From: Candidatus Zambryskiibacteriota bacterium
GTDB taxonomy: Bacteria; Patescibacteriota; Minisyncoccia; Phycocordibacterales; Zambryskibacteraceae
Reading direction: 5' to 3'
Length of the DNA: 46,937 bases
NCBI GenBank assembly: GCA_009691335.1
Contig: SICR01000003.1
Location: forward strand, 1-46,937
This document shows positions 37,378-46,793 of the stretch, one piece after another. Numbering within the stretch: position 1 is the stretch's first letter; the number at the start of each line of letters is the position of its first letter. The notes under the pieces were generated by a model. The model searched no databases. It was not told the DNA's origin and saw only the letters and a list, made by a program, of their open reading frames with translations. The translations under genes and the position numbers were made by a program.

Positions 37378-38064
37378 CTACCTTTTCGGGATACTGGTTG
37401 CCGCCGGACTTGAAGCGGTCGTCTTTAAGAGCTTGAAGACTGGCACCTTTGCCTCCAATTCTTCTACCGTCTTGAAACCGTAATAAGGCTCACCATTAAT
37501 GATGAGAGCTGGCAGTTGTGGCTTTGCTTTATATATAGAAATCAGCGTTCCTATAGCACCGAGATCGTAGTAATAGTCGAATGAGTACACGCGCAGATCA
37601 GGATACTTATCGCGCAATGCCGTCAAGACATAGCCCATCTTCTCGCAGTCTTCGCATTTCTTATTTGTCGAGTAGAAGTAGAGAATAAACGTCGGCTTGA
37701 TATTGCACTTCTCGGTCAAACGCTTCATCAGAAGGTAGTCCTTAATTTCGAGAAGGAAATATGAGCGTTTCAAAGAATCAATATCCATGGCACTAAACCC
37801 AGTCTGATCTTCAGCATATGAGAGTTTCTCACCCAAAGGGCCGAGCTCCTTTGAGAGAAAACCCGGACCAATGTCCTTACAAGAAGTCTCAGCTAAGAGG
37901 GCAAATTGGGTCTCAGAAGAAAGGATGTCGGTAGCTACTCGGTTCTCTATGGCGCGGACATCCTCTATCTTTTTATCCGTAAGCTTGGAACTGGCATAAA
38001 TAGCCGTGCCGAATATAAGCGCAGTAATACCGAAAGCCACCAAATACTTTCTTGAATCAATCAT
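37378..38064 (-). CDS. Membrane-anchored protein with C-terminal thioredoxin-like CxxC domain
   Basis: N-terminal TM, YFYS...CEDC, LPALIING. Confidence 0.75.
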   Translation of the reverse strand: MIDSRKYLVAFGITALIFGTAIYASSKLTDKKIEDVRAIENRVATDILSSETQFALLAETSCKDIGPGFLSKELGPLGEKLSYAEDQTGFSAMDIDSLKRSYFLLEIKDYLLMKRLTEKCNIKPTFILYFYSTNKKCEDCEKMGYVLTALRDKYPDLRVYSFDYYYDLGAIGTLISIYKAKPQLPALIINGEPYYGFKTVEELEAKVPVFKLLKTTASSPAATSIPKR

Positions 38065-38068
38065 CAGA

Positions 38069-39316
38069 TTATCTCCAACTTACCTTTCTTTTGAATACTG
38101 TGTCAAATAGAGCTTTCAATAGCCAGAGCGGCACCATAAATGTATAGAGAAAGAGATAGTAGAGAATACCTCGATGGAACTTGAATTTACCATCGGCAAG
38201 TTTCAAAGAAAGATAGAGGATGAAGAGAGTCAGACCTACGGCAGTCACCACTATAAAGGGTAAGACACCAGTGTTGATAAAGTACCAATCAAACGATGGG
38301 GTAGAGAACTTCCAAGTGAACCCAATCGCCTGGAATCTATTGACCATTTGAATAGCGCGATCGACGAAGCCCCACAGCACATGACCAACCATAAAGAGAG
38401 AGGAGAATATTGAAACCGTGGCTATAGGTAAAATGAACATACCGATGTGCCCGTAATTTTTATTGAAGAAAAGCTCTTTATAATCAAGACCATTATTAAG
38501 GAAACCGTATGTCCAGCGTGCCCTTTGTTTGACGAGACCCCTCAAGGTTTTCGGAGTGATTGTATAGACATGCGCACCGTGAGAATTGACGATTTTGTAA
38601 TTGTTCTTTTGCATGCGCATGGCCATCTCCATATCTTCGGTCATATGAGCATGGCGATAATCACCTAATTCGTGGAAGACCTTAGTACGAAATATTGAGA
38701 ACGGCCCCGGAGTGACATAAAGCGCCCCCATACTCGAGAGCATGCGCCGCAAAAATATGGACCAACTGTATTCTATCTTCTGGATATATTGGAGAATGTT
38801 ATTGGGCTCATGGACTTTGATAGAAGGGGTGACGGCCATAATAACCGTATCTTCGAAAAAGGGGACAATCTTTTTAAGTGCTTCAGGCATGACAAATGAG
38901 TCCGCATCAAGACAGCCCACTAAGTCACTGGTGACACTTTTGAGAGCGAGATTTACTGCAGTATGCTTACCGCCATTTTCTTTGTCTAAAATCTGTATTC
39001 TAGAATTATTATCAAATTTGTGAAGAGCCTCTAAGGTCCCATCGGTCGAACCATCATTGACCAATATCAAAGAAAGCTTCTCCTCTGGATAATCAAGGGC
39101 AAGAAGCGAGGCAACTGTAGCTATGACAGTCTTCTCTTCGTTGAAACAGGGCACAACTATAGTGACAGTGGGAAAGTAATTTGAACCTCGCGCCAAGCGC
39201 TCATCCTCAGCCTTGATTTCTCCGCGCACCTCAATGTAAGTAATAAGTAAAAAGATCTCGAAAAATAGTGAGATAAAGAGCGAGCAATATAAGATTAGGG
39301 CGTGGAAGTCAGGCAT
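38069..39316 (-). CDS. Processive GT2 glycosyltransferase (PgaC/IcaA/CESA-like)
   Basis: PCFNEE, DGSTD, DAD, TED, QRARW; TM helices at both ends. Confidence 0.93.
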   Translation of the reverse strand: MPDFHALILYCSLFISLFFEIFLLITYIEVRGEIKAEDERLARGSNYFPTVTIVVPCFNEEKTVIATVASLLALDYPEEKLSLILVNDGSTDGTLEALHKFDNNSRIQILDKENGGKHTAVNLALKSVTSDLVGCLDADSFVMPEALKKIVPFFEDTVIMAVTPSIKVHEPNNILQYIQKIEYSWSIFLRRMLSSMGALYVTPGPFSIFRTKVFHELGDYRHAHMTEDMEMAMRMQKNNYKIVNSHGAHVYTITPKTLRGLVKQRARWTYGFLNNGLDYKELFFNKNYGHIGMFILPIATVSIFSSLFMVGHVLWGFVDRAIQMVNRFQAIGFTWKFSTPSFDWYFINTGVLPFIVVTAVGLTLFILYLSLKLADGKFKFHRGILYYLFLYTFMVPLWLLKALFDTVFKRKVSWR

Positions 39317-39421
39317 AGCCAAGGTCCAAAAATCTTCATCATTATAGATGGAAATCTACCTTATTTCAATACCGAGTATACCACGTAGGCAACCCGTTGC
39401 CCTTCGGGGTATAATTCTCCA

Positions 39422-40558
39422 ATGCTTATAAAGATAGATTCAGATGAAGAGAATGCCCTTAAGGCAACCCTTGAGGTTCGTAAGGACAAAGAAGCTGTAC
39501 GCCTCAAGCGCTTCTTGAACCTTCCTGACCTATCCAGGACTCCAAGTAACCCACTCAAAGAGATAGTGGACAGAACACTGAAGGTCAAGGGTCTAAACGG
39601 TTTCGATATCATCGAAGTGCCAGAAATTATCCCCGTACCTATCCTCTTCGACTTATTCAATATGCCGGAAGGACACCCTGCGCGTTCCAAGTCGGATACT
39701 TATTATGCTGATGACAACAATGTTTTGCGTACCCATGACACCGTCTTCTGGTACTACTATTTGAATCACCCGATTATTAAAGAAAGGATTGCTAAGGGCA
39801 AAGCCTTCGGCGCTATTTGCTACGGCAAAGTTTATCGCAAAGACGAGATAGATAATCGCCACATGAATGTCTTCCACCAGATGGGCGGATTATACCTCGC
39901 ACCAGACAACAAACAGACTGTTACGCCAGAAGATTTGAAAAATGTGTTATCAGAAATCGCCAAAAGTATTTTCGGCAATGATGTAGAGTTTAGATTCTAT
40001 GACCATCAGTTCCCATACACTGACCCAAGCTTTGAAATGGAAGCCTTCATCAACAATGTCTGGATTGAGATGCTTGGCTCCGGTTTGCCTCGCAAAAGCG
40101 TTCTGAAAAACTTCGGTCTTGAGGGTTACAATGGTTGGGCCTTCGGCTTCGGCTTGGAGAGGTTAGCAATTGCCTCTATGGACTTACCCGATATACGCCT
40201 CCTTTGGTCTAACGACGAGAGAGTAAAGAAGCAACTTGTTTTAGGAAACAAATATCAAGAAGTTTCAAAATTCCCGCCAATCATACGCGATATTTCTTTC
40301 GTGGTAGACAAAGATTTTGTACCCAATGATTATTTCGACCTTATTCGCGAAGTGGGAGAAGAGATGGTTGAGAACGTCGGACTTATTGATAAATACGAAA
40401 ACACGGAGAAATTCGGCGCGAACAAACTCTCTTACACCTTCCGTATCACTTACCGACATTTAGGCAGGACTCTGACCAACGAAGAGGTAAATAAAATCCA
40501 TACCGAACTTGAGGGAAGAACTGAATCTGAATTTAAAGCCTCAATTCGTGGAGTCTAA
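39422..40558 (+). CDS. Single-chain phenylalanyl-tRNA synthetase (catalytic domain fused to ferredoxin-fold anticodon-binding domain)
   Basis: HPARSKSDTYY, LRTH, VYRKDEID..H..VFHQ, FPYTDPSFE, GWAFGFGLERLA, then SKFP...RDISF...YR...RTLT.EEVN. Confidence 0.92.
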   Translation: MLIKIDSDEENALKATLEVRKDKEAVRLKRFLNLPDLSRTPSNPLKEIVDRTLKVKGLNGFDIIEVPEIIPVPILFDLFNMPEGHPARSKSDTYYADDNNVLRTHDTVFWYYYLNHPIIKERIAKGKAFGAICYGKVYRKDEIDNRHMNVFHQMGGLYLAPDNKQTVTPEDLKNVLSEIAKSIFGNDVEFRFYDHQFPYTDPSFEMEAFINNVWIEMLGSGLPRKSVLKNFGLEGYNGWAFGFGLERLAIASMDLPDIRLLWSNDERVKKQLVLGNKYQEVSKFPPIIRDISFVVDKDFVPNDYFDLIREVGEEMVENVGLIDKYENTEKFGANKLSYTFRITYRHLGRTLTNEEVNKIHTELEGRTESEFKASIRGV

Positions 40559-40639
40559 GCATATTGATTATTTCTATATTGATAGTATAGTTGCTACCGG
40601 AAGTAACACAGGGTCAACCTTTCTTGGAGGTCTTTCTGT

Positions 40640-41032
40640 ATGGAAAACATTATGTGGTACCCACATAGACGAGCACGAAGAACATCATTGAGAGAGATTG
40701 CAGCTCGGATTCAAGCCCAGTCTCAGACCCCAACACTATATGAGTCAGACCTCGACACACCGACAGAAAGGTCGTGTCCGACAGAAAGGTCGTGTCCGAT
40801 AGAAAGGCTTACAACCAAGAATGTTCCACAAGGTATTGTGGACCTGGCTGGGAAAGTGGTTGGGAAACTCACAGTCATCGGTTTCCATCTACAAAGGCAC
40901 CCTGCGCGAAAGAACATCTGGCTCGTCCGATGTGAATGTGGAAATTACGAAGTCCGCCACCAACATTGGGTCAAGAACCCACCCAGCAGCCACGAAGCCT
41001 GTTGTCGTGGTTGTAGAAAGAATGTTCTATAG
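40640..41032 (+). CDS. Orphan protein with phage-type Cys-rich (CxCG...CxxC) domain
   Basis: DLAGKVVGKLTVI...WLVRCECG...CRGC; SD GGAGG at 40626-40630; internal 18-bp tandem repeat. Confidence 0.7.
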   Translation: MENIMWYPHRRARRTSLREIAARIQAQSQTPTLYESDLDTPTERSCPTERSCPIERLTTKNVPQGIVDLAGKVVGKLTVIGFHLQRHPARKNIWLVRCECGNYEVRHQHWVKNPPSSHEACCRGCRKNVL

Positions 41033-41046
41033 TAGAAAACACGATA

Positions 41047-41102
41047 CCTCGCACCACGCAGAGCCAAACGCTCACAGTCGTGGGTGCGAGGCTTTGTTTT
41101 TT
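41047..41102 (+). terminator. Long stem-loop with U tract
   Basis: CCTCGCACC...GGTGCGAGG followed by CTTTGTTTTTT. Confidence 0.7.
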
Positions 41103-41158
41103 ATACTTAAAATCTCTTTCTTTCTAGGGCTATTTATGCTAAAATAAGAGGTACAAAT

Positions 41159-43126
41159 ATGCTTGGAAAACCAGCAAAGAAAGGATCATACAGTGCGGAA
41201 TCCATTACCGTCCTAGAGGGACTAGACCCAGTAAGAAAGCGCCCCGGGATGTACATCGGCACTACCGGACCAGACGGTCTCCACCACTTGGTGACCGAGA
41301 TTTTTGATAACTCTCGTGACGAGGCCATGGGTGAATTCGCCAACGATATCGAGATTGCACTTCTACCAAGTAATCGCGTACGAGTAGTGGACAACGGTAG
41401 AGGTATTCCGGTAGATATTCATAAACAGACGAAGGTTTCGGCACTGGAAACCATCATGACCACACTCCATGCCGGAGGCAAGTTTGGCGGGGAAGGATAC
41501 AAAGTTTCCGGTGGTCTTCATGGTGTCGGCGCATCTGTCGTCAATGCACTCTCAATTTTTTGTCGTGCGGAAGTACATCGCGATGGTGCTGTCCATGCAC
41601 AGGAGTACAGCCAAGGCAAGTCTAAAGCCAAGGTCAAGAAAATCGGCAGTTCCAAAAAGCACGGTACCATCATCACCTTCCAGCCAGACCAGAGTATTTT
41701 CCCGGACACCAACTTCAACTTCGACCGCATCGTCACCCACATGCGTCAGCAAGCTTACCTAGTCAAGGGTCTCCGTATTAGCATCTTGGACCTACGCGAG
41801 ATTGAGAAAGTAGATGACATGAAAGTTTTCTATCTCAGAGAACTCGGACTTGATGCACCTTCCATGTCTTTCTACTTCGAGGGAGGGCTGATCTCGCTTG
41901 TAAGATTCGAGAATGAACATAGCAAACCAATTCACAAAAATATTTTCTATGTTGAGAAGGCGGCCAATGGCAAGGAATACGAAACAGTAGAAATAGCTCT
42001 CCAATATGTTGACGACATTTCTTCCCGTATTCTTCCATTCGCCAATAACATCTACACCGCCGAAGGTGGTACGCACCTCACTGGATTTAAAGCCGCCCTA
42101 ACCAGAACTCTCAACAATTACGCCAGGAAGAATAACCTAATAAGTGAGAAGGAAGACAACTTCACCGGTGATGATGTCTTGGAAGGATTAACCGCTATTA
42201 TCTCCATCAAGCTCAGCGAAATCCAGTTTGAAGGCCAGACCAAGGCCAAGCTCGGCTCTGTCGAGGCTCAAGGTATGGTCACTACGGTCTTCGGTGATGC
42301 TTTCGCTACATTCCTTGAGGAGAAACCGGACGATGCTAAGTCCATGATTCAGAAGGTGGTCTTGGCGCTGAAGGCCAGGAAGGCTGCCAAAGCCGCCAAG
42401 GACTCCGTACTTCGCAAGGGCGCATTGGAGGGTATGACATTGCCTGGCAAACTGGCAGACTGCCAGAGCCGTTCAGCTGAGGAGTCAGAGCTCTTTATTG
42501 TCGAGGGAGACTCCGCCGGCGGTACCGCCAAGATGGGTAGGGACAGACGCATCCAAGCCATTCTTCCCCTGCGTGGCAAAATTTTAAATATCGAGCGCGC
42601 CCGCCTGGACCGCATGCTGGCATCCGAACAGATTAAGAACTTGGTTGTTGCTCTCGGCACCGCCATCGGTGACACATTTGATATCACAAAACTTCGCTAT
42701 CATAAAATTATCATCGCTACTGATGCCGATGTTGACGGCGCGCACATCCGCACCCTGCTTCTTACATTGCTCTACAGATTTTTCCGTCCTCTTATCGATG
42801 CCGGCCATGTCTATATCGCTCAACCTCCACTTTATAAAATAAAAATCGGCAAGCAATCCTTCTACGCATATTCAGATGATGAAAAAGACAAGGTTATAGG
42901 CAAGGAAACCAACAAAGATATCCAGCGCTACAAAGGTTTGGGAGAGATGAACTCTGACGAGTTATGGGAAACCACCATGGACCCGACCAAGAGAATTTTA
43001 AAACAAGTGAACGTAAATGATGCTAGGGAAGCGGACCACATCTTCGACGTCCTTATGGGTACCGATGTCCCGTCCCGCAAAGCCTTCATTCAAAGTAACG
43101 CAAAGAAAGCAATATTGGACGTATAA
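41159..43126 (+). CDS. gyrB: DNA gyrase subunit B (type IIA topoisomerase B subunit, short form)
   Basis: VRKRPGMYIG, GGLHGVG, EGDSAGG, PLRGK, DADVDG, RYKGLGEM. Confidence 0.95.
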   Translation: MLGKPAKKGSYSAESITVLEGLDPVRKRPGMYIGTTGPDGLHHLVTEIFDNSRDEAMGEFANDIEIALLPSNRVRVVDNGRGIPVDIHKQTKVSALETIMTTLHAGGKFGGEGYKVSGGLHGVGASVVNALSIFCRAEVHRDGAVHAQEYSQGKSKAKVKKIGSSKKHGTIITFQPDQSIFPDTNFNFDRIVTHMRQQAYLVKGLRISILDLREIEKVDDMKVFYLRELGLDAPSMSFYFEGGLISLVRFENEHSKPIHKNIFYVEKAANGKEYETVEIALQYVDDISSRILPFANNIYTAEGGTHLTGFKAALTRTLNNYARKNNLISEKEDNFTGDDVLEGLTAIISIKLSEIQFEGQTKAKLGSVEAQGMVTTVFGDAFATFLEEKPDDAKSMIQKVVLALKARKAAKAAKDSVLRKGALEGMTLPGKLADCQSRSAEESELFIVEGDSAGGTAKMGRDRRIQAILPLRGKILNIERARLDRMLASEQIKNLVVALGTAIGDTFDITKLRYHKIIIATDADVDGAHIRTLLLTLLYRFFRPLIDAGHVYIAQPPLYKIKIGKQSFYAYSDDEKDKVIGKETNKDIQRYKGLGEMNSDELWETTMDPTKRILKQVNVNDAREADHIFDVLMGTDVPSRKAFIQSNAKKAILDV

Positions 43127-43196
43127 TTTTAAACCTTGGATTTAGGACAAGAAAAATATACAACAACACCATACTATATAATCATACAATATTAAG

Positions 43197-43205
43197 TTAT
43201 CCACA
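43197..43205 (+). promoter_or_regulatory. DnaA box
   Basis: Exact TTATCCACA upstream of mraZ. Confidence 0.55.
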
Positions 43206-43220
43206 GTTTGAAGGGAATCA

Positions 43221-43286
43221 GTGGGTTTCCCGTCTAGTATTGTGTGGAGTAGTGGTATAAAATGTGCTTAAGTGGGAAATAGTGGT
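43221..43286 (+). promoter_or_regulatory. MraZ-binding repeats in the dcw promoter
   Basis: GTG(G) units at 43221, 43242, 43252, 43272 and 43282 with ~10-bp periodicity. Confidence 0.7.
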
Positions 43287-43300
43287 AATATGAAAAAACA

Positions 43301-43696
43301 ATGTTTATCGGTGAATACACGCATACAGTTGATGAGAAGAATCGCTTCTCATTGCCATCCAAGTTCCGCAAAGAGCTTGGACGTAAAGTAGTCGTTACTC
43401 GCGGTAAGGACCATTGTCTCGTACTCTATCCCCACAAGACCTGGGTCGACATCTCCAAAGAGGTGAAGGAACTCGGGCATGTAGGAAGTGACCAGCGTTA
43501 CGCGCGATTCACTTTCTCCGGTGCATCTGAAATCGAGATTGATTCTATCGGCCGCATCCTCATCCCAGAATTCTTGCGGGAATTCGCGGAATTGAAAAAC
43601 CCAATTGTCCTGACCGGAGTCCACGACAGAGTGGAAATCTGGAACCAGAGTCGATGGACAGCCTATAGAAAGAAGCTCGAATCAGAATATGCATAA
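43301..43696 (+). CDS. mraZ: Transcriptional regulator MraZ
   Basis: MFIGEY...DEKNR, D..GRILIP, VEIW. Confidence 0.97.
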   Translation: MFIGEYTHTVDEKNRFSLPSKFRKELGRKVVVTRGKDHCLVLYPHKTWVDISKEVKELGHVGSDQRYARFTFSGASEIEIDSIGRILIPEFLREFAELKNPIVLTGVHDRVEIWNQSRWTAYRKKLESEYA

Positions 43697-44555
43697 ACCT
43701 GTTCTTTTAAAAGAAAGTGTTGATGCCTTAGACTTGTCAGACGACAAGATACTCATCGACGGTACATTCGGTGCTGGAGGACATAGCAAAGAAGTAAGGA
43801 AAAGATTTGGCGATAAGGTAGCTATATACGGACTTGACCGGGATCCAATTGTTGCTGAAACTAATCAAGATTTCACTGTCAAAACTCTGAATTTTGCCGA
43901 CATTGACAAACTTCACGTCCGACCTGACGCCATACTTCTAGACCTCGGCATCTCAAGCGACCAACTCGAAACTTCCGGTAGAGGATTTACTTTTCAGAAA
44001 GATGAACCACTTGATATGCGCATGTCTGGAGTACTCAATCAACCGTCTTCTGCCCAAACAATTACTGCAGCCGACATTCTAAACTCCTGGGACGAGCAAG
44101 CCATTGAGCTCATCCTGCGTGGCTTCGGTGAAGAGAAGTATTCATACAGAATTGCCAAAGAGATCGTCAGAACTAGAGACTTGCGACCGTTTAAAACTAC
44201 TTTCGACCTTGTGCAAACTATCGAGAGCGTCGTACCCAAGAACTTCAAGAAATTCCGCATCAATCCAGCCACTAGAACATTCCAAGCTCTACGCATTGCG
44301 GTAAACGAAGAGCTTACAGCACTCGAGAACGGGTTAGAGAAAAGCTTTCAGATATTGAAACCAGAAGGGAGATTAGCAGTCATAACATTCCACAGTCTTG
44401 AAGACAGAATGGTCAAGAATTTCTTCAGAGAGAAAGCTAAGGCGGGGAAGGCTGAACTTATAAACAAGAAACCAATCACCCCTAGAGAAGAGGAGACCCA
44501 ATCTAACCCACGTTCCAGAAGCGCCAAGCTGAGAATTATTAAGAAATTATTATGA
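43689..44555 (+). CDS. rsmH: 16S rRNA m4C1402 methyltransferase
   Basis: HKPVL, DGTFGAGGHS, DLGISS.Q, FQALRIAVN.E, FHSLEDR, NPRSRSAKLR. Confidence 0.97.
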   Translation: MHKPVLLKESVDALDLSDDKILIDGTFGAGGHSKEVRKRFGDKVAIYGLDRDPIVAETNQDFTVKTLNFADIDKLHVRPDAILLDLGISSDQLETSGRGFTFQKDEPLDMRMSGVLNQPSSAQTITAADILNSWDEQAIELILRGFGEEKYSYRIAKEIVRTRDLRPFKTTFDLVQTIESVVPKNFKKFRINPATRTFQALRIAVNEELTALENGLEKSFQILKPEGRLAVITFHSLEDRMVKNFFREKAKAGKAELINKKPITPREEETQSNPRSRSAKLRIIKKLL

Positions 44556-44920
44556 GTAAAATAAAGTTTAACTACAACCAACTCGAACTGCCTTTCGGCG
44601 AAAGGAGGAGTAAGGCTATCTCTATCGATGACCGCCAGCGTATGTTTTGGTTTCTGACCACGACTTCTCTTCTTTCTCTCATAGTCTATATCTACGCCAT
44701 CAATGCTACCGCACACCATATTGCCGTACGCGAAAACTTGGAGAAAAAGGTGGTAGAAATGGCAGACAATCTTGGCACACTCTCATTTGACTACATCGAG
44801 CTCGCCAATGCCGTGACGATAGAGACTGCTCACGAATACGGCTTTAAGGAGGTCAAGCAACCATTGTATGTCACAAGGGGCGCCGGAGACTCTCTTACTT
44901 TAAATACAGTTAAGCGATAG
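44552..44920 (+). CDS. FtsL-like bitopic cell division protein
   Basis: Single TM plus coiled coil, in the ftsL position between rsmH and ftsI. Confidence 0.65.
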   Translation: MSKIKFNYNQLELPFGERRSKAISIDDRQRMFWFLTTTSLLSLIVYIYAINATAHHIAVRENLEKKVVEMADNLGTLSFDYIELANAVTIETAHEYGFKEVKQPLYVTRGAGDSLTLNTVKR

Positions 44921-44925
44921 AATAA

Positions 44926-46689
44926 GTGCCAATGTTAGGGTCGCAAAATAGGCTTAGAATTCTCACACTATTCATACTTCTGGCTAGCTTGATATTGATA
45001 AGCAAGCTTTATTTCGTTCAAATCATTGCGGGCGAAAACTTCCGACTGCGTGCGGAACACCAGTATGTGGAAGGAGGTAATCTTTTCGATCGAGGTGGAA
45101 TATTTTTTAGCACCAAGGACGGAACACTAGTGCCTGCTGCCAATGTCAAAACCGGATTCACACTTTACGTAAATCCCAATCAGATGATTGAGTATCAAAA
45201 CGATTTTGAATTGGTCTACCAACAACTGAGCGCCATTATTCCAATAAATAGAGAAATATTCTTTCTAAGAGCATCCAAGGTCGGCGACCCTTATGAAGAA
45301 ATTACCAAGCACCTTGACCAAGATACGGTGGAGAAAATTAAGGCTCTAAAAATCCCCGGGGTCTCGGCTACTCGCGAGAAGTGGCGAGTTTATCCCGGGG
45401 AAACTATGGCTGCGCATATTATCGGACTCGTCGGATACGCGGGCGACGAGTATGCCGGACGCTATGGCCTTGAACGCTCTTATGAGAAGGTTCTGAAAAG
45501 AGAGAGTGATGGCCTCTTCGTCAACTTCTTCGCCGAGATTTTCTCCAATATCAAAACAACAGTAAATAATGAGGGACTAGATGGTGACATAATCACGACC
45601 ATTGAACCATCAGTGGAAGCTTTCTTGGAAAGTGAATTGGAGAAAGTAACACAAAGGTATTCATCTGACTTCACCGGAGGCATAGTCATGGACCCTAACA
45701 CTGGAGAAATAGTAGCCATGGCACTCACTCCAACCTTTGACCCCAATACCCCCGGTACCGCCTCTGACGCCTCTGTCTTTTCTAACAAATTAGTAGAAGA
45801 CCGCTACGAAATGGGCTCAATTATAAAGGCTCTAACTTACTCCATTGGCCTTGATACCAAGGCTATTACAGCCAAGACAACTTACAATGACCCAGGATGT
45901 ATGATTCTAAATACGGAAACTTTCTGTAACTATGACGGCAAGTCACACGGCTCGGCGGTAACTATGCAGAGCGCTATAAACCAGTCCCTTAATACTGGCG
46001 CCGCCTTCGTAGCTCTGCGCGTTGGCAACAAGAAGTTCAGCGATTATATGTTGAAGTTTGGTTTGGATGAAAAGACGGGTATAGATCTACCCAACGAAGG
46101 CAACTCGCTGGTGTCCAATCTTAAGACAAATAGAAGCCTTGAACTTGCACAAGCCTCCTTCGGACAAGGCATCGCGCTCACCCCTATTGGTACCGTGAGA
46201 GCACTCTCTGCGCTCGCTAATGGCGGCACGCTCATCACCCCACACTTAGTTAAGGAGGTGAGATACAAGATTGGTACGAGTAAAAATATTGACTATCCTA
46301 AGGCAGGTGAGGGGACTAGAGTTATTTCCCAAGAAGCTTCTCAAGATCTCGCCAGAATGTTGACCGAGGTGGTAGACCGCTCACTTCGTTTTGGACAAAT
46401 GAGATTAGAAAATTATAGCGTCGCCGCCAAGACCGGTACCGCCCAAATCGCCAACCCGGACGGAGGAGGATATTATGAGGACCGATCCTTACACTCATTC
46501 TTCGGCTACTTCCCAGCATATGAACCACGCTTTCTAGTCTTCTTCTTCACTTACTATCCCAAGGAAGTTCAGTTCGCATCGGAAACATTGACCGACTCAT
46601 TCTTCAACATGACTAAGTTCTTAATCAACTACTACAACATCCCGCCAGATAGGCAAGTAGCGCCTCCGGAATCTGTATCATTGAATTAA
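44926..46689 (+). CDS. ftsI: Class B penicillin-binding protein (FtsI/PBP3-like)
   Basis: R.YP, G.YGLE, SIIK (SxxK), SLN (SxN), KTGTAQ. Confidence 0.93.
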   Translation: MPMLGSQNRLRILTLFILLASLILISKLYFVQIIAGENFRLRAEHQYVEGGNLFDRGGIFFSTKDGTLVPAANVKTGFTLYVNPNQMIEYQNDFELVYQQLSAIIPINREIFFLRASKVGDPYEEITKHLDQDTVEKIKALKIPGVSATREKWRVYPGETMAAHIIGLVGYAGDEYAGRYGLERSYEKVLKRESDGLFVNFFAEIFSNIKTTVNNEGLDGDIITTIEPSVEAFLESELEKVTQRYSSDFTGGIVMDPNTGEIVAMALTPTFDPNTPGTASDASVFSNKLVEDRYEMGSIIKALTYSIGLDTKAITAKTTYNDPGCMILNTETFCNYDGKSHGSAVTMQSAINQSLNTGAAFVALRVGNKKFSDYMLKFGLDEKTGIDLPNEGNSLVSNLKTNRSLELAQASFGQGIALTPIGTVRALSALANGGTLITPHLVKEVRYKIGTSKNIDYPKAGEGTRVISQEASQDLARMLTEVVDRSLRFGQMRLENYSVAAKTGTAQIANPDGGGYYEDRSLHSFFGYFPAYEPRFLVFFFTYYPKEVQFASETLTDSFFNMTKFLINYYNIPPDRQVAPPESVSLN

Positions 46690-46721
46690 GCTCAAATTTT
46701 GGGTATTCTTTCTCTGTTTAT

Positions 46722-46793
46722 GGCCTCATCGTCTAGCGGCTAGGACACAGCCTTCTCAAGGCTGGAACCGGGGTTCGATTCCCCGTGAGGTCA
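46722..46793 (+). tRNA. tRNA-Glu(CTC), CCA not encoded
   Basis: Anticodon arm CAGCC-TTCTCAA-GGCTG, GGTTCGATTCC; followed by CAA. Confidence 0.95.

Noticed and set aside
20484-43126. Alternative genetic code (TGA=Gly) or inteins/introns in nrdA and gyrB
   Set aside because: nrdA, gap and prfA end properly at TGA. nrdA and gyrB are continuous, with no intein-sized insertions or splice motifs.
1506-46528. Many short ORFs antisense to or nested in core genes
   Set aside because: They are fully overlapped by well-supported genes and have no motifs or independent signals.
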